From a virus, in the IMG/VR virus record IMGVR_UViG_3300009702_000013, positions 1 to 32,904 of that record: a stretch of 32,904 bases of DNA, one strand, 5' to 3'. How positions within the stretch are numbered: the first letter of the stretch is position 1; each line of letters begins with the position of its first letter. Below the pieces are notes generated by a model. It had not been told where the DNA came from. It saw only the letters and a list, made by a program, of their open reading frames with translations, and made no database searches. This document shows, one piece after another, positions 7,830 through 16,601 of the stretch. The position numbers and the translations under genes are program-made.

Positions 7830-9449
7830 TTATATCTTAAATGGAGTTGAACTATTTGTTAATGGAGCATAAGCAGTCGGATCAAATTGATTTTGATTAT
7901 CAGTATTCCACAAATCATCCATAACAGCTACCTCATCATCCGTCATAACCCCAGTACGAGCTTTCTGCAATTTTATAGAATCATCATATTGTTTAATAAG
8001 TTTCTTTAACTGTGCTTTAAATGTTTCTTCTGATACTGCAAAATATATCGAACCATCATCGCGTTTCTTTTCCCACCCAGCAAGAGGACTCGCAGCACTA
8101 GCGAGAATTGATAACTCTGCATCTGACAAAGCACCAAATGTAGCACCACGGTTTTTAGCGTCAATTAATTTATCCAATGTCAATTGACTGAGCAAATTAT
8201 CCATAACACCAGTAAACTCGTTCACCGCGTCTTGATCAATCTGAAATGGTGTCCAACGAGCTATCCCATATGAACCAACAGCCCTCGTCATACCTTTATG
8301 ATTTAAAAGACCTTCGAGCGTTGATTTTGTTGCTTCTTCATTTTTGATAGATAACTTTGTTTGCTCTAATTCAGTTTCAGCTTTTTTCTGTTCAGTGATT
8401 TTATCCTTTTGGTAACTTTCATATTCCTTCCTCGTCATACCTCCAAATAAATTAAGATAATATTGTTGCTGTAATTCTGAATCAATTTGTATCTTCTTGA
8501 GTGTATTACCCAGCTTGAGACCAACCAAACTTTCTTTTGCAGCCGGGTCTTGCAAAAATCCAGAAGCATTCGCAATCGCTTCATTAGCATTTTTAGATTT
8601 CATTATCTCTTGAACGGTCGTTGAGTCAGCACCATATTGACTGGCTAAAAGCCCTATATTATAGATATTCTGTTTTTCTGCTTCGTCTTTTTTCAACACC
8701 CTCTCCCTCTCTTGTAGCGCAATCGCCAAAGCGTCGGAACGCTTTTTGTCGATGCGGTCGAGCGAGTCTTTGTTCATGTTATAAGCCTTTTGCAAATATT
8801 CAAGTTTTAATTTCTCCGCTCCGAACTCGGCATCAAGTGCAGATTGAATGTTTTGCTGTGCAAGCCCGATGTTTCCTTGTAGTGTTTGCCCGATAGCAGA
8901 AAGACTTAACGCATGTATCGCATTTTTTCGCATCCTGCTCGCTTCGATAGGGGCAACGCCACCTGCTGTAGCACCACGGCCGGTAAACTCCTGCTGTATC
9001 TGTAGAGGTATTGCCAACGCTTCTTTTTGCACCGCTTGCAATTGGTTGGTGATGTCTTGAAGCTGTTGTTTCTGCTCCGGCAAACCTGCTTGCTGTTCGA
9101 GCTGGGTCTTTTTCGCACCTTCTCCGCCTAATGTTTGCAACGAGTCCAAAATTTGTTTTTGCAAATCCGATTGCTGTGTTTCACCCTTCGTTTGGTCTTT
9201 TGTCAGAGAAGCGATATTCGCATTCACAGTGTTCGTGAAATCCTGTACTCCTGTTGGCACTTCCGGTAAGTTGATATTATTATTGGTGTTGGTTTGAGTG
9301 TCGGCAGTTATTGGAGTTGGGGATGATGGAAAATTCCCCGGATTGTCCACAACAGTACCATTATCATAAATTGTCTTCGAAGCTCCGGGAGAATATGCTT
9401 TTCCTATTGCAAGTTTTCGATTCTTTAATTGTTGTTCTGTAGGGTTCAT
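7830..9449 (-). CDS. Large virion protein (539 aa), Gln-rich coiled coil, candidate internal/ejection protein
   Basis: It lies in the structural operon and has long Q/L/E-rich heptad-like stretches. Its ATG follows the context TATAATATAAAAAT. Confidence 0.5.
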   Translation of the reverse strand: MNPTEQQLKNRKLAIGKAYSPGASKTIYDNGTVVDNPGNFPSSPTPITADTQTNTNNNINLPEVPTGVQDFTNTVNANIASLTKDQTKGETQQSDLQKQILDSLQTLGGEGAKKTQLEQQAGLPEQKQQLQDITNQLQAVQKEALAIPLQIQQEFTGRGATAGGVAPIEASRMRKNAIHALSLSAIGQTLQGNIGLAQQNIQSALDAEFGAEKLKLEYLQKAYNMNKDSLDRIDKKRSDALAIALQERERVLKKDEAEKQNIYNIGLLASQYGADSTTVQEIMKSKNANEAIANASGFLQDPAAKESLVGLKLGNTLKKIQIDSELQQQYYLNLFGGMTRKEYESYQKDKITEQKKAETELEQTKLSIKNEEATKSTLEGLLNHKGMTRAVGSYGIARWTPFQIDQDAVNEFTGVMDNLLSQLTLDKLIDAKNRGATFGALSDAELSILASAASPLAGWEKKRDDGSIYFAVSEETFKAQLKKLIKQYDDSIKLQKARTGVMTDDEVAVMDDLWNTDNQNQFDPTAYAPLTNSSTPFKI

Positions 9450-9469
9450 ATTTTTATATTATACCATGA

Positions 9470-9823
9470 TTAAGCGGTTATCCCTATCGTTGCTAACCGT
9501 GTACGCAAATCGTCAACAGCAGTTTTAAGATTATTTAGATTCGTTGTAAGAGAAGCAATGCTCACCGTATCGGAGCCGACAAAACTACCGATAGAAGGAC
9601 TTGTGATAGATGCCTGTTGTGCTGTGCCTGACGTTCCATAGAAACCAACAACAGAACTTGCAGAACCCCCGAGAATGAATGGATCAGCAAAGCTCCTACC
9701 TTCAGCTAGATATATATCTTTGTTAAAAATATATTTATCAGAGGTTTCAAACTGCTCCCACTTTCTTGTAAGATATGCTACTTTTTTCTCAAGCTCTTTT
9801 ATTTTTATATCTTTTGGATCCAT
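9470..9823 (-). CDS. Hypothetical virion-module protein (117 aa)
   Basis: It is an ORF in the structural operon with an N-terminal coiled coil and a Ser/Thr/Gly-rich centre. Confidence 0.55.
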   Translation of the reverse strand: MDPKDIKIKELEKKVAYLTRKWEQFETSDKYIFNKDIYLAEGRSFADPFILGGSASSVVGFYGTSGTAQQASITSPSIGSFVGSDTVSIASLTTNLNNLKTAVDDLRTRLATIGITA

Positions 9824-9824
9824 A

Positions 9825-9971
9825 TCAATATGGTTTTTTATCTATTTCTTCATACTTCCAATTAATACCGGTAATCACTACACCGTTTTTACTCTCAACA
9901 CGAAATTGCAATTCTTTGTACTCGGGGAACTGCGCTCCAGTACTTTCAATGTTTACTGATGAATGCGAAAG
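9825..9971 (-). other. A 48-codon in-frame continuation of the upstream 456-aa gene beyond its TAA, ending at TGA 9825..9827
   Basis: The same frame as 9972..11342 reads LSHSSVNIESTGAQFPEYKELQFRVESKNGVVITGINWKYEEIDKKPY. There is no in-frame ATG or GTG, and the first TTG is at codon 21. The stretch ends 1 nt before the next gene's ATG. Confidence 0.6.
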
Positions 9972-11342
9972 TTAACCACCAAACTCCTCATAATGCGAAA
10001 ATATCTGTGTCCAGCTCGTTTCTTCATCTTTACGATATTTTAATACAACAGTACCATTAACTGGCATTGGTTCCGTTGTTACCGTAACCCCGAGTAGTTT
10101 TTTCGTCTGTGAACTGTCGCCTCCATTCAATATCAAACTTTCATACACAGAAGTGTAACCATAAACACCATTATTATCAGTCCTATTCACCGAACCATCG
10201 TTAGAATGAGCGATCCACCACTCACCCGCAGCTTTATAGATACCTTGAAATGCATTAGAAGAAGTCGCATCCTCCTCAACAATCTCCAAAACTAACTTTC
10301 CATTGGCATCAACACTATATATACCAGTATTCGTATCCCCTCCGTTAATTATCTTTGCAGGGAAATAAAGTTTTGTTCCATCAGAAAAACTATTTGCTAC
10401 ATTCTCAAATAAATCAGATGAAGCATTATCAACTTGTATAACACGCAAATCTTCTGCAATTGGACCGGAAATACGTTTAATTATAACTTTGCGCTCGGTA
10501 AAAGCTAAAAAAATATTTATAAAATAATCCATCACAACAAGCAAATATCCACCTACCTCTGCCATATAAGCAACCCTCCCTTTCCCGAGATTTACCTTTT
10601 CACTTACCGTCGCAAGCGATCCGTTTCGATTCCATAAATAAACATAGCTATCGCCACTATAGGAATACAGGCTCCCCGAGGCACCTTTCGGCGAAGTCGC
10701 AATCGCAAGATAATTTCCTAACGCCGCGCCGGCAGTAATGATTGAATTATCAGGGAGTGTCAAAACATTACTTGACCATGTCGTATTATCAAGCGTATGT
10801 ACTTTGTTATCACTGAAAAAATATGCAATATCATCATTCGGATGATGTACCGGCTGTGCAACATCGGTATAAGCGATTGATTGATATGCGTCAGTGAATG
10901 TGGCGCCACTTGTCAGGTCGCCAAAGCGTTGTAACACCGTTCCACCAGCCCAATTGTAGAGATAATTCTTATAATGAAAAAACACGCGTTCATCTCTCCC
11001 GGTAATTGTTCCCTCACTACTTGATGGTACAGTCCAGTTTGTAGTATCAGGTGTTCCAGCGTTTATATCATAAAAATAAATTCTAGCTGCGGTCGAAGTT
11101 GCAGCTTTTCCGTAACCCCAGAGCTTAAATGTCGTCGAAGACGTTCCGGGAGCATATAAAAACTTTGTAATATCATATGACTTTGTTTCATCAGCTTCTG
11201 TTTTTGGATATGGTATCAGCTTATGTGGATACGTTGTATCAAAATGCTTTACCATCGCAGCAAAACGAAAGTCAGTACTCCGCAGATCATCTGCAATACC
11301 TCCATCAAATCTATTTATTTTTTGTTCGTAAATCTTTCCCAT
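9972..11342 (-). CDS. Virion/tail structural protein (456 aa up to the TAA, 505 codons if read through)
   Basis: It is a large beta-rich ORF in the tail region, and its stop TAA is at 9972..9974. See the extension feature above. Confidence 0.65.
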   Translation of the reverse strand: MGKIYEQKINRFDGGIADDLRSTDFRFAAMVKHFDTTYPHKLIPYPKTEADETKSYDITKFLYAPGTSSTTFKLWGYGKAATSTAARIYFYDINAGTPDTTNWTVPSSSEGTITGRDERVFFHYKNYLYNWAGGTVLQRFGDLTSGATFTDAYQSIAYTDVAQPVHHPNDDIAYFFSDNKVHTLDNTTWSSNVLTLPDNSIITAGAALGNYLAIATSPKGASGSLYSYSGDSYVYLWNRNGSLATVSEKVNLGKGRVAYMAEVGGYLLVVMDYFINIFLAFTERKVIIKRISGPIAEDLRVIQVDNASSDLFENVANSFSDGTKLYFPAKIINGGDTNTGIYSVDANGKLVLEIVEEDATSSNAFQGIYKAAGEWWIAHSNDGSVNRTDNNGVYGYTSVYESLILNGGDSSQTKKLLGVTVTTEPMPVNGTVVLKYRKDEETSWTQIFSHYEEFGG

Positions 11343-11344
11343 AA

Positions 11345-12613
11345 TTAGTTTTTATCCAAAAAAGTCCACGTTGTTACATTCTTCGCAAACTTCTCCCACC
11401 GTGCTTTGAACTTTGAGAGAACGTCGGTTATCCCGATTGATTCGCTCAAAGATATAACGGCATGACGTATGGAAGAAACAGAATCAGATGAGAATAAAGT
11501 ATCAGAAACTGAAATTCCTTTACCTTTCGCTGCATAAATATTATCCAAGAAAGATAATGTATCTGATACTGAAACGAGTTGTCCTTTAAAATGTTCAACA
11601 ACAAGTTTTGGATCAGTCGAAGTACCTATTTGATCTGCTGTATAAAACTGTATTCGATTTAAACCTGATGGTACTATGTTATTTAAATCGTTGCTATCTC
11701 TTATCCCAAATTTACTAATTCCTGCTTTTGTTATGTTAGAGAGTCCAGCAGAATTCAGAGAGAAATCTTGATAACTATCTACAGCAAAAGAAGCATAAGG
11801 TACTGAAGCAAAAGAAATTGAACCTACTTGATCATAATCTCCAACAACTAAACTTGTATTCGATGCTGGAGAAGAAGAAACAATATGTGTCGAAACAGAA
11901 TCTGCATTAGCTGTTGTATGAGTTGTACTTTCATATACTGAAAGTGTTGCAGAAAGTATTGTATATGTTGTAGAAATCGCAGAAGTATCAAATAACAAAA
12001 AACCTCTTTCGAGAAAATACCCAGTATTAGTTACTATATTTATAATTGTCCCAGAATCATCACTACCAGTAGCAATGGTATTATTTCTTGTATTTGTCCA
12101 GTTTGAATCATGATCATCTCTATACAAATGACCATCAACACTCGTACTTTCGGGATCTGCATCAGGATAAAAAGTAGAAATAGTATTTCCAACTTTACCT
12201 TTTAAAATATTCTTATCACTCTTTCCAACAAGAGATATTGTATGGCTTAAAGATTGCAATATTGCCTCTTTCGGGTCTTCTCGAAGTTTCCTATCAGGTT
12301 GTTTTTTCCCATCAAAATCTATTCCTCCTTTTCTCACGATTGCCCCATTCGGGTCATCAACTAAAACAGGTGGATTAAATATCCGAAACCGTTCAATATC
12401 AACAGAACCATCCTTGCCAAATCCAATCTGTTTTTCTTTTTCCCATGCCCGCGCAAATATCTCAATGCCACCAGCTATTTTTTTAACAGATTGCACTTCT
12501 ATTTTTATGCCGTTTTTAACGTGTTGTCCTTTAAAATCTATCTTTGTAATCTCTTGTACTTTCAAAGCAGCACGTTGTTTGGCATTTTTATTTTTAAGAA
12601 GTTGCTCAATCAT
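11345..12613 (-). CDS. Virion/tail structural protein (422 aa)
   Basis: The ORF is tightly packed with 2-nt gaps on both sides. Its central Ser/Thr-rich beta domain shows the pattern RGFLLFDTS...ILSATLSVY. Confidence 0.6.
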   Translation of the reverse strand: MIEQLLKNKNAKQRAALKVQEITKIDFKGQHVKNGIKIEVQSVKKIAGGIEIFARAWEKEKQIGFGKDGSVDIERFRIFNPPVLVDDPNGAIVRKGGIDFDGKKQPDRKLREDPKEAILQSLSHTISLVGKSDKNILKGKVGNTISTFYPDADPESTSVDGHLYRDDHDSNWTNTRNNTIATGSDDSGTIINIVTNTGYFLERGFLLFDTSAISTTYTILSATLSVYESTTHTTANADSVSTHIVSSSPASNTSLVVGDYDQVGSISFASVPYASFAVDSYQDFSLNSAGLSNITKAGISKFGIRDSNDLNNIVPSGLNRIQFYTADQIGTSTDPKLVVEHFKGQLVSVSDTLSFLDNIYAAKGKGISVSDTLFSSDSVSSIRHAVISLSESIGITDVLSKFKARWEKFAKNVTTWTFLDKN

Positions 12614-12615
12614 TT

Positions 12616-13080
12616 TTAACTAAATACAAATTTGTAAGTAGCATCAAGTATATCGGTACTATTCACCGTCTTGGTCGTCGTCAACTTTCGTCCGAGCATG
12701 GTACCAGCTGATGCCGCGTTGAACGCACCGATTTCCTCAATACTCTTGGTCGCGGTCGCAGTCCATGTGTGATCAAGCTGGAGTGTATCATTCGTCTGCG
12801 TTGTCGTTGATTGTGTAGCTGTTGCAGCCGCTCGAGCAAGTCCACTGTCAACAATCTCAGCTTGCAGTGCCGTGTGTGTCGCACTTTCTGCGGCGTTACT
12901 TGTACCTACCGCAAGATAAGTAAACGCCGTTTTGCTCCCGGTGTTTCCGACAAGTCCTGACACTTCTGCAAGAGCAGCATTAGTGATGGTATTTTGCATG
13001 AATCCGGTATCCCATTTAAGATTACCATCTTTGTCCCGGCACTGGAGCCGAGCGAATCCTTTGATTTTTATTGTTCTCAT
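12616..13080 (-). CDS. Virion structural protein (154 aa)
   Basis: The ORF lies in the structural operon, has an Ala/Thr-rich beta-type composition, and is tightly packed with its neighbours. Confidence 0.55.
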   Translation of the reverse strand: MRTIKIKGFARLQCRDKDGNLKWDTGFMQNTITNAALAEVSGLVGNTGSKTAFTYLAVGTSNAAESATHTALQAEIVDSGLARAAATATQSTTTQTNDTLQLDHTWTATATKSIEEIGAFNAASAGTMLGRKLTTTKTVNSTDILDATYKFVFS

Positions 13081-13083
13081 ATT

Positions 13084-13761
13084 TTAACGATTATTCTGAT
13101 AAAGTGGCGTTACTGTCGCTTTTTCATCTTCCGCCCTTCGACCATAATATTCTACCAACATAGTCTCATATCCTGCTATCTTCTTCTCATACAACGCGAC
13201 ACGGTCTTTTTTGTACTTCTGGCAATACGGAAGCGCGATCATGTACGGCAAGATCATATGCGCCGATAAGTAAAAGCCCGGAACGGTGCTATCAAATGAT
13301 GTAATCACTTGCAAACTCCGCTGAAAATAAGCTTTTAAACCACCTGTAAGATCGTAATTCGGCGTAGCATAGAGAAATATACTATCCCCGATCTTGTCAT
13401 ATTCTGACGGTATCCCTTGATTTGGTTTGTATTCTCCTGTCGCGATACTAATATCCTTCTCATCAATTGGTGTCAGCTTCGTTACATTCCCACTTGAATC
13501 CGTTACCTCCAATCGCTGTATCGTAAGAAAGGAATCATCAAACTGATATTGCTGTTGTCCGCTTTTAATATCAGTTGTACCAATCGGCAAGTTCGTAAAA
13601 TTAGTATCATCAAACTGCCATCTCCCATCTGCACCAATAGCAACACCGGCAACATGATCACCGGCATTATTGGCATAAATGAGCCGAGTTGCAGTCGGAA
13701 AGTCCGTTGTATTCGCGTCTGTCAGGTCGGTAACGATTGTGTTTACTTCATCCCAAGTCAT
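13084..13761 (-). CDS. Virion protein, possible head-tail adaptor/connector (225 aa)
   Basis: The call rests on its position shortly downstream of the capsid gene and on its size. The function is inferred from synteny only. Confidence 0.45.
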   Translation of the reverse strand: MTWDEVNTIVTDLTDANTTDFPTATRLIYANNAGDHVAGVAIGADGRWQFDDTNFTNLPIGTTDIKSGQQQYQFDDSFLTIQRLEVTDSSGNVTKLTPIDEKDISIATGEYKPNQGIPSEYDKIGDSIFLYATPNYDLTGGLKAYFQRSLQVITSFDSTVPGFYLSAHMILPYMIALPYCQKYKKDRVALYEKKIAGYETMLVEYYGRRAEDEKATVTPLYQNNR

Positions 13762-13775
13762 TTATTTTTATTTGA

Positions 13776-14045
13776 TTATGCCGCAGTGGTAACATTCGTC
13801 CACGTTGTTGCACCATCAGTGTTCACATACAACCGAGTGGATACAGAAGACCCATCAGTTCGCATATACAACGATCCTTTCGCTGCTGATATTGTCGGTA
13901 ACCCTGACCCGAAGAAAATACCAAAATTAGATGTTGAAGATACCAAGAAGCCAACTCCTGAAGTACCTCCTGCCGCTGGTGCTGTCGTTGCCCCAGCTGT
14001 TACTGCTCCTTGAAATGATGGATTATTTGAATTTGCTAATGCCAT
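13776..14045 (-). CDS. Small virion protein (89 aa), Gly/Ala/Thr/Ser-rich
   Basis: The ORF follows the capsid gene and has a C-terminal GSLYMRTDG....LYVNTDGATTW motif typical of small phage structural proteins. Confidence 0.5.
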   Translation of the reverse strand: MALANSNNPSFQGAVTAGATTAPAAGGTSGVGFLVSSTSNFGIFFGSGLPTISAAKGSLYMRTDGSSVSTRLYVNTDGATTWTNVTTAA

Positions 14046-14052
14046 ATTTTTA

Positions 14053-14319
14053 TTATTTATCTGTTAATTTTTCGTCTTTCTTTACAATAGGTTCCTCCGG
14101 TTTCTTCACTGGTTCATTAGAACCTTGCAATTTTGCAATCTTTCTCGCTAATTCTTCGTCTTTCTTTTTAAGAGCGTAAACTTCCGGGTGAAGTTTTTTT
14201 GCCAAAGCATAAATCTCTTTTAAAGATTCTACCGTGTTAACTTCATTTACTAACGGTGAATCTGTTTGAGGTTCCTTGACGTCGATTTTAACGTTGAGTG
14301 CATTTTTTGGTCTGCCCAT
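14053..14319 (-). CDS. Hypothetical charged helical protein (88 aa)
   Basis: It is an ORF in the structural operon with a K/E-rich composition. Confidence 0.5.
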   Translation of the reverse strand: MGRPKNALNVKIDVKEPQTDSPLVNEVNTVESLKEIYALAKKLHPEVYALKKKDEELARKIAKLQGSNEPVKKPEEPIVKKDEKLTDK

Positions 14320-14418
14320 AACATTTTTTACAAATTACCTTTTTGAGGGGTATATGGAGCAGAGAAATTGGTGCAAAAACTCTGCGCCATAGACCCCCAA
14401 AAAAGGGGATCTAATAAC

Positions 14419-15285
14419 TTAAGGAGTTACTGTGACATCAATAGTAAGAGCTGCGCGAGGAACCCATGCCTTAAATCCGACATAGCCCCATACAACAACT
14501 TCTTTTCCTGTCTTCCCGGTAACACCTTTCTCATCATACTGAACACCACGAGGTGCAGCATAAGTGGTAACGTTCTTGACACCTGCTACACGGTGACCAG
14601 AGTTCGTCCACGTCTTTGTACCAGAATCAGTAGTGGTAGTTGCGTCTATATACGTTCCGGCAGGAACAACATAGATGTCAACACCTGCTTGATTCCCGAC
14701 AAGACCATTCCGCAATGCAGAATCGGCGAAGTTGAAACCAGAAGTCATTTGGCTCTGGATAACTCCGACAAGGTCAGCATCCTCAAGAATGATATACAAA
14801 CCATTCATCTTGTCTGCGTATGCAGCAGTCTGCGAGAGAATGTTTGAGAGAATGACCGGCCAGTTTGCGGCTGTGGTAAAACCACCTGCTGGAGTCGAGT
14901 ACGTTCCTGTACCATTTTCGCAAAGCTCGTTGATGACCCACTTGTCAATCGCCGCCTTGACTGAATACGTCATCTCATCAATGCGAGAAGCGTAAAGATC
15001 AAACTGCGACAAAGCTGACTCAAAGTCATAAATATGCTCCGAAACGATGAACTCGTCCGCAACAGTAAGACCAGAGTCAGTCGTCGTGAAAGCAGCAGGG
15101 GTGTAGGTACCAGCAATGGCCTGAACAACAGTCGCCGGCGCTGAACCGTACGGATTGTCAATGTAGCGAACATCTGACGTATCTACTCTACAAACCGCCT
15201 CTGCTACGAGCATGTGTCGGAGCGAAGTATCGATTTGTGCGAGCGCATACTTTCGTCTGTTCGTGTATGTACTAATTGTATTCAT
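14419..15285 (-). CDS. Major capsid protein (288 aa)
   Basis: It lies immediately downstream of the scaffold-like gene and the portal. Its size and composition suit an HK97-fold coat protein. A hairpin-rich 99-nt gap follows it. Confidence 0.65.
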   Translation of the reverse strand: MNTISTYTNRRKYALAQIDTSLRHMLVAEAVCRVDTSDVRYIDNPYGSAPATVVQAIAGTYTPAAFTTTDSGLTVADEFIVSEHIYDFESALSQFDLYASRIDEMTYSVKAAIDKWVINELCENGTGTYSTPAGGFTTAANWPVILSNILSQTAAYADKMNGLYIILEDADLVGVIQSQMTSGFNFADSALRNGLVGNQAGVDIYVVPAGTYIDATTTTDSGTKTWTNSGHRVAGVKNVTTYAAPRGVQYDEKGVTGKTGKEVVVWGYVGFKAWVPRAALTIDVTVTP

Positions 15286-15340
15286 GTGAATAAAAAATTA
15301 ACGTGATAAATCACACCAGTTTTTTTATTCACCAATTTTT

Positions 15341-15952
15341 TTATTCCTTGATCCCAAGACGTGCTTTTGCAAGTTTCCGCATTCCCTCATCAGTGTCCGG
15401 CATTTCGCCTTTACTGCGAGCTTTATCCAAAAGACTTGCTCCGCTTGATTGCCTCTGACCGCCCGGTGTCTTTTTTACATTCGCCGCTTTTGCCGTTTCG
15501 CGTTCCTCGGCTAGCGAGGCCAACCGAGATTTCATAAATGACGTTTTAAGAGCTTCCGACACCGTCGTACCCTTGAGTTGAGCGTAGTCAATGACTTCCT
15601 GCACATCTTCCTCATCGACGTTGTTTTTCACAATTGCAAGCAAATCAAATTGCGATAATCCTTCAGGTTTTTTCTCATCTTCCTTCGGCTTCGTGCCCTT
15701 AATCTTGCGCAACTCTGCTTCTGCTTTCTCTGCTCGTATCTTTTGATTCTTGGTAACTTCGGTTAGTTTCTTCGCGGAATCAGCTTCTTCATTCAACCGT
15801 GCAATTTCCATGTAAATTTCTTCTTGCTTCCGCTCCGCTAACTTCTGTGTTTTCTCATCTTCATCAAGATCAACGAGTGAATTCTGAAAATCAACATCTT
15901 CCTCCAACTTTGATTCAATTGAGGCCTGAATCTCGGCCAATGTTTTTGCCAT
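15341..15952 (-). CDS. Scaffolding protein (203 aa)
   Basis: It is a highly charged E/K-rich predicted coiled coil between the portal and capsid genes. Confidence 0.6.
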   Translation of the reverse strand: MAKTLAEIQASIESKLEEDVDFQNSLVDLDEDEKTQKLAERKQEEIYMEIARLNEEADSAKKLTEVTKNQKIRAEKAEAELRKIKGTKPKEDEKKPEGLSQFDLLAIVKNNVDEEDVQEVIDYAQLKGTTVSEALKTSFMKSRLASLAEERETAKAANVKKTPGGQRQSSGASLLDKARSKGEMPDTDEGMRKLAKARLGIKE

Positions 15953-16019
15953 AGTTTTTTTTAGGACTTTTTTAGGTGAGCTACAACACCACTATTACTT
16001 ATAATTATACACTATTTCC

Positions 16020-16601
16020 TTACTTTGCGCTATCTTTTTTAATCCTTTCTTTCTTCTCCTCGGGCGTTTCTTGTTTGGAATATGCCAACACATTGAGCAA
16101 CACAAGCTGTTGTTCAATGTAATTGATAAATGTATTCCGTGCAATAATTCTATCAATCGGTGTTTGTTTATCTACACTGAAATCAACACTGAAATCAACA
16201 GGTTCTTTGCTAGGTTCATCAAGAAGCCCAAACGCTTGCTCTAACATCTGCAAAAGAATATACCGAGCAGCAAGTCTTTGTTTCTGCTGTTCCGGTGTCG
16301 CTTCGAGAATATTAACCGAACTCCACAAGTCAGAACTATTGGATGAGCCGATCGGATTCTCACGAGATAGCGACGGAATGATAACTTTGCGCAACACTCG
16401 TTTTACTTCAGGTTTCATACTTGTGACGACGCTTTTCTCCCATTCTGACAGTTTAAATCCGAAGAACAGATCACGAATGATAGTCAATGTAACCCATTCA
16501 TCACGAAATGCACCACGGATGATGTCTTTATCTTCTCTTGTGAGCCTGTCTTTCATTACCGGAGCTTCCGGATTCACTTTTTTAATTGTTTCGTTATCCA
16601 T
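16020..16601 (-). CDS. Hypothetical head-module protein (193 aa)
   Basis: Its ATG overlaps the portal stop (ATGGATAA). It contains a short internal DFSVDFSV duplication. Confidence 0.55.
   Translation of the reverse strand: MDNETIKKVNPEAPVMKDRLTREDKDIIRGAFRDEWVTLTIIRDLFFGFKLSEWEKSVVTSMKPEVKRVLRKVIIPSLSRENPIGSSNSSDLWSSVNILEATPEQQKQRLAARYILLQMLEQAFGLLDEPSKEPVDFSVDFSVDKQTPIDRIIARNTFINYIEQQLVLLNVLAYSKQETPEEKKERIKKDSAK

Noticed and set aside
14320-14418. The gap after the capsid gene is in frame with both the capsid ORF and the next gene, which could suggest readthrough
   Set aside because: The 33 codons contain a second TAA, and they read VIRSPFLGVYGAEFLHQFLCSIYPSKR, which looks like translated hairpin sequence (CCCC-T6-GGGG and GCAGAG...CTCTGC stems). 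The gap is more likely a post-capsid structured or attenuating region. None of the stems is followed by a clear U-tract, so I did not call a terminator.
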